The notes: generated from the letters alone by a model not told the origin. 64,000 nt of DNA from an uncultured delta proteobacterium (GCA_963840855.1 CAWJBB010000080.1:24322-88321); one strand, 5' to 3'. Counted from the stretch's first letter, positions 41,210 through 51,257 are shown. Numbers and translations: made by a program.

Positions 41210-42347
41210 AAAGTCTGAGCGCGTTGCCGTAACACATCTTTTTCCGCTCGGCTTCCGGAACGCCGGCGAGTGATTCTTCTACGAAACTCCACGACCGCGG
41301 ATAGGTCGCCGCGATATGCGGATAATCGGACTCCCACATGATGTTATCCACGCCGACCAGATCGCGCACCTCGATGCCAGCTTTTTCGTACCAGAAGTCC
41401 ACGTAGATCTGGCGCCGGAAAACCTCGCTCGGTTTGGTTTTGATCCCTTCTTTCCATAAGCGCCGCTGCTCCCATTCATGATCGCAAGCTTCGAGCACGT
41501 AGTTGACCCAGCCAAAGCCGGTTTCAGCGCACGCCCAGTTCAGCCGTGGATAACGGTCGAGAATCCCCGAAAAGATCAAGTTCGGAATGAGCTGCGCGGG
41601 AGTCGCACAGAGCCGCGAGGTCGAAACCGTGTGGGATTCTTTCTTGGTGAATCCCTTCCACTCCGGCAAGGACAGCTGTTCGGCCAACCCCGCAGAGCCG
41701 TGCCAGTGCATCGGAACGCCCAATTCCTGGCAACAAGCCCACAGAGGTTCCCAAAACGGATCGTTCATGCGCCTGAGCCCCTTCTTGGTAAACGCCGGCT
41801 CAGCCAACATTACCACGCCGCGGTGGCCGAGTTTTACCGTTCTCTCTACTTCGGCGACAACGACCTTGATGTCGCTCAGGTAGGGGATAATCGCCAAAGG
41901 TACGTAACGAGCGCTGACCTGGCGCCACTCGGCCAGGGCGTCGTTGTGCGCCTGGACGCAGGCAAGCTCGAAGGCGGCGTCGGCCTGAAGAAAAGCGAAA
42001 TTCGACACCGGCGTGTTGGGATACAAGACTTCGCCGTCGACGCGGTCATCGTCTAGCGCCTGGAGTCGCGCCGCCGGATCGTAGACGATCTTCGGCACCT
42101 CCGCCCAACGCCGCGGATAATAGCCCCGCGCGACGCCGCCTTCCATCGCCGCCGGACAATTGCACACCCACTGGCTACGGAGTTTGCCATTGATCATCCA
42201 GCGGTCGATGCGCTGGCCATTCTCTTCAACCTCGACGATCTGCGGAATGCGATCGCCCCACTGCGCCGCGGACATTCGCTTGGTCCAGGCGTCGCTGTCC
42301 ACCTGCGCATGGGAGTCGCAACTGAATAAACCAAATTTGATCTCCAT
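41196..42347 (-). CDS. Amidohydrolase_2-fold protein, canonical (type A1)
   Basis: FSCDSH, WHGSAG, WESDYPH. Confidence 0.92.
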   Translation of the reverse strand: MEIKFGLFSCDSHAQVDSDAWTKRMSAAQWGDRIPQIVEVEENGQRIDRWMINGKLRSQWVCNCPAAMEGGVARGYYPRRWAEVPKIVYDPAARLQALDDDRVDGEVLYPNTPVSNFAFLQADAAFELACVQAHNDALAEWRQVSARYVPLAIIPYLSDIKVVVAEVERTVKLGHRGVVMLAEPAFTKKGLRRMNDPFWEPLWACCQELGVPMHWHGSAGLAEQLSLPEWKGFTKKESHTVSTSRLCATPAQLIPNLIFSGILDRYPRLNWACAETGFGWVNYVLEACDHEWEQRRLWKEGIKTKPSEVFRRQIYVDFWYEKAGIEVRDLVGVDNIMWESDYPHIAATYPRSWSFVEESLAGVPEAERKKMCYGNALRLYGLA

Positions 42348-42390
42348 TGCTTCACCTTTCTCGGTGCATATTAACCAAGAATTGATTCGG

Positions 42391-43536
42391 TTAGTTTAAA
42401 TGAAAATACCCGACGGCGTTGTCAACCAGGATCTTTCGCTTCTCATCTTCCGGCACGCCGGCGAAAATATCTTCGATGACCCGTTTTGAATTGGGCCAAT
42501 CGCCCGCGGAATGGGGAAAATCGTTCCCCCACATGATTTTGTCGATGCCGACATCGTAGCGCAGCCTCAGCCCGATGCGGTCATAGATGAATCCCCAGTA
42601 ACACTGTTCGCGTATATACACGCTCGGTTCATGCTTCAGCATTTTGATGCCAAAATCACGCTCCATCCAGTATCGGCTGCGCTTGTAGACGTCGTCCAGC
42701 TGCTCGTAGAAATAAGGCAACCAACCGATTTGAGTCTCGGCCCAATAGATTTTCAGTTTCGGGTAGCGATCGAAGATCCCCGACAACACCAGTTGCACGG
42801 CGTTTAGCCCGCTGGTGCCGGCGAAGCGGGTGAGCACGCGGATCGGGTCGCCGCCAAAGGCGACTTCGCCAGGGCTTCTGTCATACTTGAAAAGCGCTCC
42901 GTCTGTTCTCTGTAAGCCCACGTGAACGGTGACCGGCATGTTCAAGTCTAACGAGGCGGACCAAAAGCGGTCGTCTTCAGGCGTCGGAAAGAGTTTGCCA
43001 CTGGGAAAGGTGTTAATCAGCACACCCTTGAGTCCGGCCTTCGCGCAGTAGTCCATCTCTTTAACCGCCGCATCGACGGAATGAGTCGGTATAACTCCCA
43101 TGGCGATTAGCCGGTCAGGTCTTACCTTGCAGTATTCTTCCGCCAGAAAAGTGTTGTAGGCATGAAGCACGGCGAGATACGCGTCGTCGTTGCGTATGCC
43201 ACGCCAGAAGCTGAGATTACCAGCGGATGTGTAGAGTATTTCACCGTCGATGCCGTCGCGCTCCTGTTCCTGTAGACGCTGCTCCGGACTGCCGGCACCC
43301 GCCGACGTCGCATAATTCAAACCCGTGAGTTGATGTTCCTCGTAAGGCCGCCCGGCAACGGCGAGCCCTAAGACGTACACGGGTTGTCCCTCGACAATAA
43401 TCCCGTCGCCGCCGTTGGGTAGCGTGATCAACCGGGGTGCGCGATCTCGGTATTTCTCAGGCACCCGAGGGGTCCAACGCCCCGGCGAAATTTCCAAATG
43501 TGAGTCGGCGGAAAACAAGCGATACTTACTTGCCAT
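42391..43536 (-). CDS. Amidohydrolase_2-fold protein
   Basis: FSADSH, TVHVG, WAETQIGW, WGNDFPH. ATG at 43536 follows RBS AGGAG. Confidence 0.92.
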   Translation of the reverse strand: MASKYRLFSADSHLEISPGRWTPRVPEKYRDRAPRLITLPNGGDGIIVEGQPVYVLGLAVAGRPYEEHQLTGLNYATSAGAGSPEQRLQEQERDGIDGEILYTSAGNLSFWRGIRNDDAYLAVLHAYNTFLAEEYCKVRPDRLIAMGVIPTHSVDAAVKEMDYCAKAGLKGVLINTFPSGKLFPTPEDDRFWSASLDLNMPVTVHVGLQRTDGALFKYDRSPGEVAFGGDPIRVLTRFAGTSGLNAVQLVLSGIFDRYPKLKIYWAETQIGWLPYFYEQLDDVYKRSRYWMERDFGIKMLKHEPSVYIREQCYWGFIYDRIGLRLRYDVGIDKIMWGNDFPHSAGDWPNSKRVIEDIFAGVPEDEKRKILVDNAVGYFHLN

Positions 43537-43653
43537 GACCCGTTCTCCTAACGCCCTCTCTATTACTCGTACAGCCGGTGCTCTTAAGTCAACCGTCCTT
43601 TTGATTCTATGAAAACCCCGCCGCAAAGCGGCTTCGTTTATTGACATCGCGTG

Positions 43654-45267
43654 CTAAGCTTGGTCGATTCCTTTGACCGGAACCCGCGCCTGTTTCATCT
43701 TTTCACCGGTCTCGTAGTAGCGTCCCTGGACCGCGAGCCGGCCGGCCTCAAGATCGGCTTCCGACCACCATCCCAGCTCGTAGCCGTACCAGGGCGGACG
43801 CAAATTGAGCGGCGGCAACTCCAGTTCGCCCCACAGTTTTAGCGCATCCTCCATGATTTCCTTGCGCGGCAGGGAAACCGGAGGATACGGCCATGGGCGC
43901 GTAGCGTCAATGAGCATCCGCGTCGATTGAATTTCAGATGTGCCCGCATGGACCCCACCCGGATTGCCGGTTCCCGGCGCGAAGGCGGACCAATCGGCGG
44001 ATTGCAGCCTGGAGGGTTTGATCCTTACGTCGCGGTGCGGCTGCATACGGAATGTCATCGCCCAGAATATGCCATCGGCGTCCCTCGGCTCGATATCGTC
44101 GTCAACGACAATGATCAGCTTCGCCCCAACTGCGGGAGACTGGTCACAAGCGTCCAACACTTCAACGGCCTCCCCCGGTTTCGGATTGCTCATCTGAACG
44201 CAGCACAGCCCCCAGCTCCCGGTGGCTTCGTGGAACGCGACGCTCTTGACGTTCTCGAAGCGGTTTTTGAGATAGGCGAGAACATTTCCCTCGGCACCGG
44301 TGCCGCGGATCTTGCTCGACTCCGACGGCGGAAACTGGCTGAGCATCGCCACGTAGATCGGGTCTTTCTTATGAGTAATGCAAGTAATATCCATGAACGG
44401 ATTTAATTGCTGCGGGTCCATGTAACCGGTAAATTCGCCAAAGGGCGCCTCGGGTTCCATCAGTTCCGTGTTGATGAAGCCTTCGATGACGATCTCGGCG
44501 TTGGCTGGAACCGCCAGGTCGACGGTTTTGCACTTGACCACCGGAACCGGTTCTCCGGCTAGACCGCCGGCCACCGCGTACTCGTCGACGCCGTAAGGAA
44601 TCTTGACCACGGAGGCGTAGGAAACGCTCGGCGGCGCGCCGATGATAACTGCGGCCGGCATCGCCTTGCCGGCTTTTTGCCACTTGCGCCAGTGTTGAGA
44701 GATATGTTGTTGGCCGCCGGCGTTCATGCCGAGTCGGGTGCGGGCTTTGACCATGCCACGATAATTGCCGATGTTACGCACTCCTGTTTCGGGGTCGTAG
44801 GTGACGAAATGGCTGGCGCTGGTGTACGGCGCCGCGTCAAACCCCGGTGTCGAAATCGGAATTGGAAAAGTTTCCAAGCCCCTGCCCGGTTTGTCGAGAT
44901 CAGTCCCCATCTGCACGACTTCATGGACCGGCGCATTCTCTACAAATACCGGCTCGATGGGATGGTTTCGCGCGTGGCTCCATCTCTGGCTGATCTTATC
45001 GGGGTCGCACTGCAGGCCGACGCCGTAGATCTGCCGTGAACCGGCGAGACAGGCAACAACCACCGGGATGTCATAGCGCCGCCCCGAAACGTCGGTGACC
45101 TTGGTAAAAAAGAATGCCTTTCGATCTGCTTCGGGTAAGCCACGAAATTGGAGTCGGACCAGAGGATGCAGTTCGGTGTCTTTGTTGATCGCCCGATCGA
45201 CTCTTAGCAGCAGGTTGGACTTTGCCAAAGCTTCGATCAGTTCCCGTATATCTTTGTAATATGCCAA
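43654..45267 (-). CDS. UbiD-family prFMN-dependent (de)carboxylase with C-terminal extension
   Basis: RNIGNYR, AEIVIEG, EAPFGEFTGY, IVVDDDI, IDATR; TTG start after RBS GGAGGAGG. Confidence 0.92.
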   Translation of the reverse strand: MAYYKDIRELIEALAKSNLLLRVDRAINKDTELHPLVRLQFRGLPEADRKAFFFTKVTDVSGRRYDIPVVVACLAGSRQIYGVGLQCDPDKISQRWSHARNHPIEPVFVENAPVHEVVQMGTDLDKPGRGLETFPIPISTPGFDAAPYTSASHFVTYDPETGVRNIGNYRGMVKARTRLGMNAGGQQHISQHWRKWQKAGKAMPAAVIIGAPPSVSYASVVKIPYGVDEYAVAGGLAGEPVPVVKCKTVDLAVPANAEIVIEGFINTELMEPEAPFGEFTGYMDPQQLNPFMDITCITHKKDPIYVAMLSQFPPSESSKIRGTGAEGNVLAYLKNRFENVKSVAFHEATGSWGLCCVQMSNPKPGEAVEVLDACDQSPAVGAKLIIVVDDDIEPRDADGIFWAMTFRMQPHRDVRIKPSRLQSADWSAFAPGTGNPGGVHAGTSEIQSTRMLIDATRPWPYPPVSLPRKEIMEDALKLWGELELPPLNLRPPWYGYELGWWSEADLEAGRLAVQGRYYETGEKMKQARVPVKGIDQA

Positions 45268-45333
45268 GGTTGTATCCTCCTCCTGTTACAGTTTCCAGTG
45301 CGTTGTTTCAGGTTCCGCGCAACTGAACGACCC

Positions 45334-46476
45334 TTACCTCGCCGCCGGAACTGGGCCGGCGCCCAGTACTTGCTGCATCACCGTCCTGACATTGGAGTCT
45401 TCAGGAATATCTTGAAGAAACTTTTCGATCTCCCCGCCGGTGATCGGTTCCAAAGGCTCGGCTGTCAGACGCTCATAGTCTCGCCCGAACTGGGGGTCAG
45501 CCCAGATTTTTCCGAATGCTTGGCGCAAAGCCGCAAGGGCTTCCTCCGGCATGCCCTTAGGGCCAAAATAGACTGAACTTCCCGGCCGGCTATTATAATA
45601 AACGCGCAGGACATCTTTCTTAAGTTGCGTGTCGGCGTACTCATTGACTGCCTCGGTCTTCGGAAAGCCAGCGACGGCCTCAGCTCCCCGACCTTTGATA
45701 TTTTTGAGCAAGACCGGCACCGTGAAACCCTGCTGTCGCCACTCGGGCTTGTTTTTCACTAGATCGTAAATCACCTCGGTGCGGGCGTCGGCCTCCGCGC
45801 GTTGAACTGCGATATCCACTTCCGGACTCTCGTACCCGACCACCCACTGGGGATCTTTGAGCTCAAGCACAAATGCCATGATCCGCCCGACGGTGTACAT
45901 GGTGTGACCTACGCTTCGCTCCGCCAGTCTCAACTTTGCATGAGCCCTGAGTTTACCTAACGTGTCGAGTCCCAACGGGCGAACCAAGAGCGCATAGGGA
46001 CCGCCGGCGCTGGGCGCTCCGAGATAAACAAAATCGCTTAGACGGTACTGTACGATCGGGTCTTTCGAGACAGCTCGAACGAATATGCTGGTGCCGATAT
46101 TTGCGATGGTGAAGCCATCATTCTTGATCGTACCGGTCAACATGTTAGCCGCCCGAACGCCGCCGGCGCTCGGCACATAGAGAGAAACGACACGAGGATT
46201 GCCGGGCAAGTATTTTTGCAGGTAAGGAATCGCCGCCTTCACGCGCACGTCTCCCAGACCGCCGGCGGACCGGCCCTGGATGATCGTCAGAGTCTTCCCC
46301 TCATAGAAGGAGGCGGCCGCCTGGATAGTTGACGGGTATAACCACGAGATCGACAAAGCCGTCCAGAGAGCGAGCAGTCCCGCGCCGCTTCGCGAGTCCC
46401 GGCCAACCACTACGCCTCGGAATCGGATGATTGTATGCATCGGTTTGTCACCTGTGGGTCTGACTTCCTTCATCAT
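45334..46476 (-). CDS. Divergent Bug/TctC-like binding protein
   Basis: Signal-like segment then FYEGKTLTIIQGRSAGGLGD...PGNP...AGG...DGFTI; WADPQF. Start uncertain. Confidence 0.75.
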   Translation of the reverse strand: MMKEVRPTGDKPMHTIIRFRGVVVGRDSRSGAGLLALWTALSISWLYPSTIQAAASFYEGKTLTIIQGRSAGGLGDVRVKAAIPYLQKYLPGNPRVVSLYVPSAGGVRAANMLTGTIKNDGFTIANIGTSIFVRAVSKDPIVQYRLSDFVYLGAPSAGGPYALLVRPLGLDTLGKLRAHAKLRLAERSVGHTMYTVGRIMAFVLELKDPQWVVGYESPEVDIAVQRAEADARTEVIYDLVKNKPEWRQQGFTVPVLLKNIKGRGAEAVAGFPKTEAVNEYADTQLKKDVLRVYYNSRPGSSVYFGPKGMPEEALAALRQAFGKIWADPQFGRDYERLTAEPLEPITGGEIEKFLQDIPEDSNVRTVMQQVLGAGPVPAAR

Positions 46477-46541
46477 TCCTCTGATCCCACAAGTCGAACA
46501 GAATGGTTACGAATCTTTGCTAATCCGTCCGAGGACATGGA

Positions 46542-47729
46542 CTAGCGCGGCGTCTGCAACCACCGCGCCGGCTCCAATCCCGGACGGTCTTGGTATTTCG
46601 CGGCGACGGCGCGCACCTTCGGATGGTCCGCGCTCGTGATGCGACCGTTTTTGTAAACATACTGGTCGCCGATTTTTAACTCGCCGCCGCGCATTTCGGC
46701 GGAGATATGCATCAGGTACGGAAAATCTTTGGAGCGCCGGCTGTTGCCCATGTGAAAATGAAAACTACTCCAATGGTGATGCTCGATGAAATGGCGATAG
46801 GGCGCGTTGGGACACTGGTGCGGTTCGAGAATCGCCGAGGGATGGACGCCGCCGTGGAAACCGCGGACTTCATAAGCCGCTTCGCCAAGATACTTGGCAA
46901 TGAATTTGTAAAAACGGGTCAGCGTCTCGGCCTCTTCTCCGCCGTCGAATTTTTGGATTTGGCCTTTCGCGATGTGCACCGTCACCGGCTGCTTGAACGG
47001 ACAGGGGACACCAATGTGCCGTGCCCAGATTACCCCGATCTCGTTGATGATCCCAACGCCTTCAGCGTCTCTCGCCCTAATCGACGACCACACGCCTTCA
47101 GGAAATGGACAGTAGACGCCGATGTCGCGGTAGTGAGCGTAGTCCTCCATGTCCTCCGGTTTGACGACGTAGCCTTCGACATGGGAGCCGTTGGGATGGG
47201 TCATCACCCACTTCGCGCCAGGCTGCGCCAACGCGCATGCCTGGATTCGTATCTCCGAGACCAATTCGTACGGCGTGAGTCCCCAGTTACTCGTAAGCAG
47301 CGACGCCGTGGTCGCCATGTTCCGCGCGTAACGGATGTTACGTTCTTCCAGGATGTCGGGAACTTCGCGGAGCTCCTCTTCGAATGTTAGATCCACCGCG
47401 TGACTGATGATTACGTCGGCCGCGCGCATCGCGTTGGCGACGATCGGTGGCACACGCCAGGCCTTGCTCGGGTCCGCGCCTTCACCCCAGAGAACCATCG
47501 GACGGTGCGGGATGTCGCACCATACCACTGTGGCGTCGGCGCCACGCTGCGCGACCGTGGCTTGAACCCATGCGACGGTTTCCTGGTCGACGATATTAAT
47601 TCCACCGTGAAGCCCATCGTTGGCGGCGACGATAAGCACGTTCATGCCCGCCTTGACCTTTGCGCAATTGTCAACCAAATCGGCGACGGCGATGGCCGCT
47701 TGTTTAGGAATGAGTGGCATGGAACTCAT
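46542..47729 (-). CDS. M29 aminopeptidase / NicX-like fold protein, function unknown
   Basis: CAKVKAGMNVLIVA N-terminus, PFPEG, PVTVHIAKG.I, HFHMG, MHIS...L.IGDQ.VY.NG C-terminus fit this fold by eye. Confidence 0.55.
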   Translation of the reverse strand: MSSMPLIPKQAAIAVADLVDNCAKVKAGMNVLIVAANDGLHGGINIVDQETVAWVQATVAQRGADATVVWCDIPHRPMVLWGEGADPSKAWRVPPIVANAMRAADVIISHAVDLTFEEELREVPDILEERNIRYARNMATTASLLTSNWGLTPYELVSEIRIQACALAQPGAKWVMTHPNGSHVEGYVVKPEDMEDYAHYRDIGVYCPFPEGVWSSIRARDAEGVGIINEIGVIWARHIGVPCPFKQPVTVHIAKGQIQKFDGGEEAETLTRFYKFIAKYLGEAAYEVRGFHGGVHPSAILEPHQCPNAPYRHFIEHHHWSSFHFHMGNSRRSKDFPYLMHISAEMRGGELKIGDQYVYKNGRITSADHPKVRAVAAKYQDRPGLEPARWLQTPR

Positions 47730-47750
47730 GAATTTCTCCAGGAGAATTCA

Positions 47751-47812
47751 GTCTGGAGTTTAGCGTCCCGTATCTGGAGTTCGCCTCTAACGCGAGACCC
47801 TGGACCCTAGAC
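47751..47812. repeat. Degenerate palindrome with ~7-nt periodicity
   Basis: GTCTGGAGTTTAGCGTCCCG ... CGAGACCCTGGACCCTAGAC; the arms differ mostly by transitions. Confidence 0.45.
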
Positions 47813-47818
47813 ATTCTT

Positions 47819-48793
47819 TTACGACGCCGCTTTGACTTTATTCCGTTCCGCTTCCACCAGCGGGCGGTATTTATCACACAACTTTTTCCAGCCTTCGGCC
47901 TTTTTCTTCGCGCGTTCGATGGTGGTGTCGGAAAACTTCATGATCGGCGTGCGCGCCGGACCGGGATTGACGTAGCCGGCGAATTCGATGGGCAGTTTTG
48001 CCGTGGCGCCTTCGTTGCCACCGGGCCGTTCACCTCCGGCCGCGGCCATGATCTCGGCGATCACTTGAAGCGATTCTTGATCCTTGCCGGCTCTGAGGAG
48101 GTTTCTCAGATACAGCACCGGCCACGGGCCCATCCAAGCGTCGATGGACCAGCAGCCCGCCGCGCCCATTCTGTAGTACGGAAACATTTGCGACTGATTG
48201 GTCAGCACGCTGATTTTGCCCTGAATAATTTCCATCAACCGGACGAACTCCCGCGTATCTCGGTGACTGTCCTTCATGCCAACGATGTTCGGGCATTTTA
48301 CCAACGCCGGAAATACCGATACAGGAATCTTCACCTTGTGGTTGACCGGATTGTGGTAAATAAGAAAGGCGAGTTTGGGGAACATCCCGGCGATCTGAGT
48401 GTAGAAGTCGGCCATGTATTCCGGCGATTGGGCGTCGTAGTACGGCAGTCCAAGCAGCGTGCCATCTGCGCCGATGTCTTGGACGAACTTGAGTCGCTGG
48501 ACTACCTCGCGGGCGTTCGGGCTCGTGCTACCGATGAACAGCGGCACCCGCTTCTTGACCGCTTCCACAGTGGCGCTCGCCAGGGTTTTGTACTCGTCGA
48601 AAAATAGATTGTAACACTCGCCGAAACTCCCCGTGGTAGTGATGAGATCGATACCGTCGTTAATCATCCGGTCGACCCCCGTTTGCAGCGCAGCTACGTC
48701 AATCGTCGAGCTGGCATTCAGATCGCCGGCATTCTTGGTCGAGAACGATGGCATCATGGCCATCACGCCTTGCACATCTTTTGCTGTTATCAT
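47819..48793 (-). CDS. NahE/PhdJ-like hydratase-aldolase (DHDPS/NAL superfamily)
   Basis: N-terminus ITAKDVQGVMAMMPSFSTKNAGD resembles NahE; GSFGE (GxxGE) motif; IYHNP; Schiff-base lysine in VGMKD. Confidence 0.8.
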   Translation of the reverse strand: MITAKDVQGVMAMMPSFSTKNAGDLNASSTIDVAALQTGVDRMINDGIDLITTTGSFGECYNLFFDEYKTLASATVEAVKKRVPLFIGSTSPNAREVVQRLKFVQDIGADGTLLGLPYYDAQSPEYMADFYTQIAGMFPKLAFLIYHNPVNHKVKIPVSVFPALVKCPNIVGMKDSHRDTREFVRLMEIIQGKISVLTNQSQMFPYYRMGAAGCWSIDAWMGPWPVLYLRNLLRAGKDQESLQVIAEIMAAAGGERPGGNEGATAKLPIEFAGYVNPGPARTPIMKFSDTTIERAKKKAEGWKKLCDKYRPLVEAERNKVKAAS

Positions 48794-48920
48794 CGGGTAC
48801 CTCCATAGAGAGTTAGTTAGATTAACACGGACTTACCATCAGGAAGCCCGCAGGGTCAACCTGAATGCAGCGCGGCCCCGAATCACGTGCAATTAAGTCC
48901 CAGATTTAAGCGTCGCTAAC

Positions 48921-50093
48921 CTACTTGTCCTCGTGATCCAGACGGAAAAACTTAATGGCGTTCTCCGCCACCATTTTTTGGCGCTCGTCTTCCGGGACTC
49001 CCTCCATCTGCGAATCCAAAACTTTCAGCGAATTCGGCCAACGCGTTACGATATGGGGAAAATCCGTGGACCACATCATCCGGTCGACGCCCACTTCATG
49101 GCGCAAGCGCACCCCGACGTGATCCTCGAAGAACCCCCAGTAGGCGTGCTCCTTGAGATATTCGCTGGGCAGCCGATTTAGTTTCGGCAGACCAAGATGG
49201 CGATCGGCCCAGAAACGGTTGACGGTGTACTCATGATCGATCTGTTCGTAGAAGTACGGCAGCCAGCCGACATTGTTTTCCGCCCAGTAGATGGCGAGCT
49301 TGGGAAAACGGTCGAACACGCCGGCGATAACCATTTGACTGGCTTCAACGGACCCCGAATGGAACGGACCCTGGCGCGCCAAGCGTTGGACAAAATCCGT
49401 CGGTGGCCGCTGCTCTCCCTCGGGTTCTTTGGGATACTTAAACAGCGGTGACTCCCGTGAACCGACGTGGGCCGGAAATGAAGTGTGCACGACGATGGGC
49501 ATATCCAAATCCAGCGCCGCGGCCCAGAACCGATCGTCTTCCGCCGTGGGATAGTTCTTGCCGCTCGGGTAGGTGCGCAACCATGCGGCTTTGAGCCCCA
49601 TGCGTTTGCAAGATGCCATTTCCGCGATGTCTTCGTCCGCGCCGATGTTTGGCAGAACCGCCATTGCGATAAGGCGGTCGGGGTCTACGGCGCAGTATTC
49701 TTCGGCCATGTATTGATTAAAGCCGTGGACGATAGCGGCGAGCGCCGCCTTGTCTCTAATCGCTGAATTGCGGACGTCAAGGGCAAATAGCACCTCCGCA
49801 TCGATGCCGTCTTGATCCTGTTCGCGCAGACGCTGCGCGGCGGAGCCACAGCCGGGTGTCTTGTCGAAATCCATGAAAGTGGGATCGAATGTTTCGGGAG
49901 GTCGCCCGCCGTAGAGGCTGGTTCCGCCATAAACCAAACGAGAGCCCTCGAGCAATACGCCATCGTGGCCGTTGGCGAGCTTGATCCGGCGCGGCGCGCG
50001 GTCGCGATACTGCTTTGGCACGCGGTGCGTCCATTGCTCCGGCGGCGACTCGAAGTGGCTGTCGGCGGAAATGTAGCGGTAATGGCGGGCCAT
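48921..50093 (-). CDS. Amidohydrolase_2-fold protein (paralog of 42391-43536)
   Basis: ISADSH, VVHTS, WAENNVGW, WSTDFPH. ATG at 50093 follows RBS GGAGGAG. Confidence 0.92.
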   Translation of the reverse strand: MARHYRYISADSHFESPPEQWTHRVPKQYRDRAPRRIKLANGHDGVLLEGSRLVYGGTSLYGGRPPETFDPTFMDFDKTPGCGSAAQRLREQDQDGIDAEVLFALDVRNSAIRDKAALAAIVHGFNQYMAEEYCAVDPDRLIAMAVLPNIGADEDIAEMASCKRMGLKAAWLRTYPSGKNYPTAEDDRFWAAALDLDMPIVVHTSFPAHVGSRESPLFKYPKEPEGEQRPPTDFVQRLARQGPFHSGSVEASQMVIAGVFDRFPKLAIYWAENNVGWLPYFYEQIDHEYTVNRFWADRHLGLPKLNRLPSEYLKEHAYWGFFEDHVGVRLRHEVGVDRMMWSTDFPHIVTRWPNSLKVLDSQMEGVPEDERQKMVAENAIKFFRLDHEDK

Positions 50094-50234
50094 GACTTGC
50101 TCCTCCAAGAACCGCCTTAGCACCGGCCGGCGCGCCGGGTCAACAGCGCCATGTCCGAAGCAACGCTGAAATGAATTGTCAGCGGCGGGGGATTCGTTGT
50201 ATGAAGGTAACAAGCGCTTTTCAGGGAGGGTTTT

Positions 50235-51257
50235 ATGAGCATACCGGCGAGCAATGACCAAACCAACCGCGAGCGGCTCCACGAAAAATTCGCCCAATTG
50301 GGGCTTCGCGGCTATTGGCAGAACCGGCGCGATAATCAGCGTATGGAGCCAAAGCTCTGGCGTTGGCAGGAAATCTATCCGGTTTTAATGGAAACGACAG
50401 AAGTGATAAGGATCGGCCCCGATGCCTTTCGCCGCAACGTTGGCTTGCAGACAGGCAGCAAAACATTGTCCATGGGGTTTCAGATCGTGCTTCCCGGCGA
50501 AACGGCCGCGGCCCATCGCCACACCAACACGGCGTTGCGCTTTGTCGTAAAAGGCGGCGGGGCGTACACGACTTCCAACGGCGAGCCCATGATCATGGAG
50601 CCGGGCGATCTGCTCATCCAGCCCAATTGGGTGTGGCACGATCACGTGAACGATTCCAAAGAGCCGATCATTTGGATCGACGCTCTGGATGCGGGTGTAG
50701 TGAGCTTCCTCGACGCCTCAGGATTCCGCGAGGAATGGGCCGAAGGAAAGCAGCAACCGCTGACCAAAACCAACGGCGCATCACGCCGCCTTTACGGACC
50801 TGCGCGCCAGTCCAAAGTCGAATACGGAGGCGCCGCAGGCGTCCCCTATCACTACAAGTGGGGAGAAACGCTGGAAGCGTTAAAGGAGCTAGCCGGCCAA
50901 GGGATAAACGACCCCTATGATGGTTTGTATCTCGAGTACAAAAACCCGATTGATGGCGGCCACACATTTCTCACGATGACTTGTTATCTGCAGTTGCTTC
51001 AGCCGGGACAGGAAACACGCTTTCACCGCCATACGGGCACCGTGCTCTATCACACCGTGCAGGGCCGCGGCGTAACCATGATCGACAAGACCGACGCCAA
51101 AGATGTGCAGTGGGATGAACATGACAGCTTCAGTCTACCCTCCTGGCGCTGGCACGCCCACAAGAATCTTTCCCAAACAGAACCCGCTATTCTATTTTCG
51201 GTCAGCGACAGGCCGCTGCTCAAGATGACGGGGCTCGATCGGGAGGAAAACGGCTGA
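50235..51257 (+). CDS. Gentisate 1,2-/1-hydroxy-2-naphthoate dioxygenase-like bicupin
   Basis: PKLWRW, AAHRHTNTALRF, WVWHDH, IIWIDALD, YHYKW, LEYKNP, FHRHT. Confidence 0.88.
   Translation: MSIPASNDQTNRERLHEKFAQLGLRGYWQNRRDNQRMEPKLWRWQEIYPVLMETTEVIRIGPDAFRRNVGLQTGSKTLSMGFQIVLPGETAAAHRHTNTALRFVVKGGGAYTTSNGEPMIMEPGDLLIQPNWVWHDHVNDSKEPIIWIDALDAGVVSFLDASGFREEWAEGKQQPLTKTNGASRRLYGPARQSKVEYGGAAGVPYHYKWGETLEALKELAGQGINDPYDGLYLEYKNPIDGGHTFLTMTCYLQLLQPGQETRFHRHTGTVLYHTVQGRGVTMIDKTDAKDVQWDEHDSFSLPSWRWHAHKNLSQTEPAILFSVSDRPLLKMTGLDREENG

Noticed and set aside
47819-48793. dapA (lysine biosynthesis)
   Set aside because: It has GSFGE instead of GTTGE, a NahE-like N-terminus and a catabolic context.
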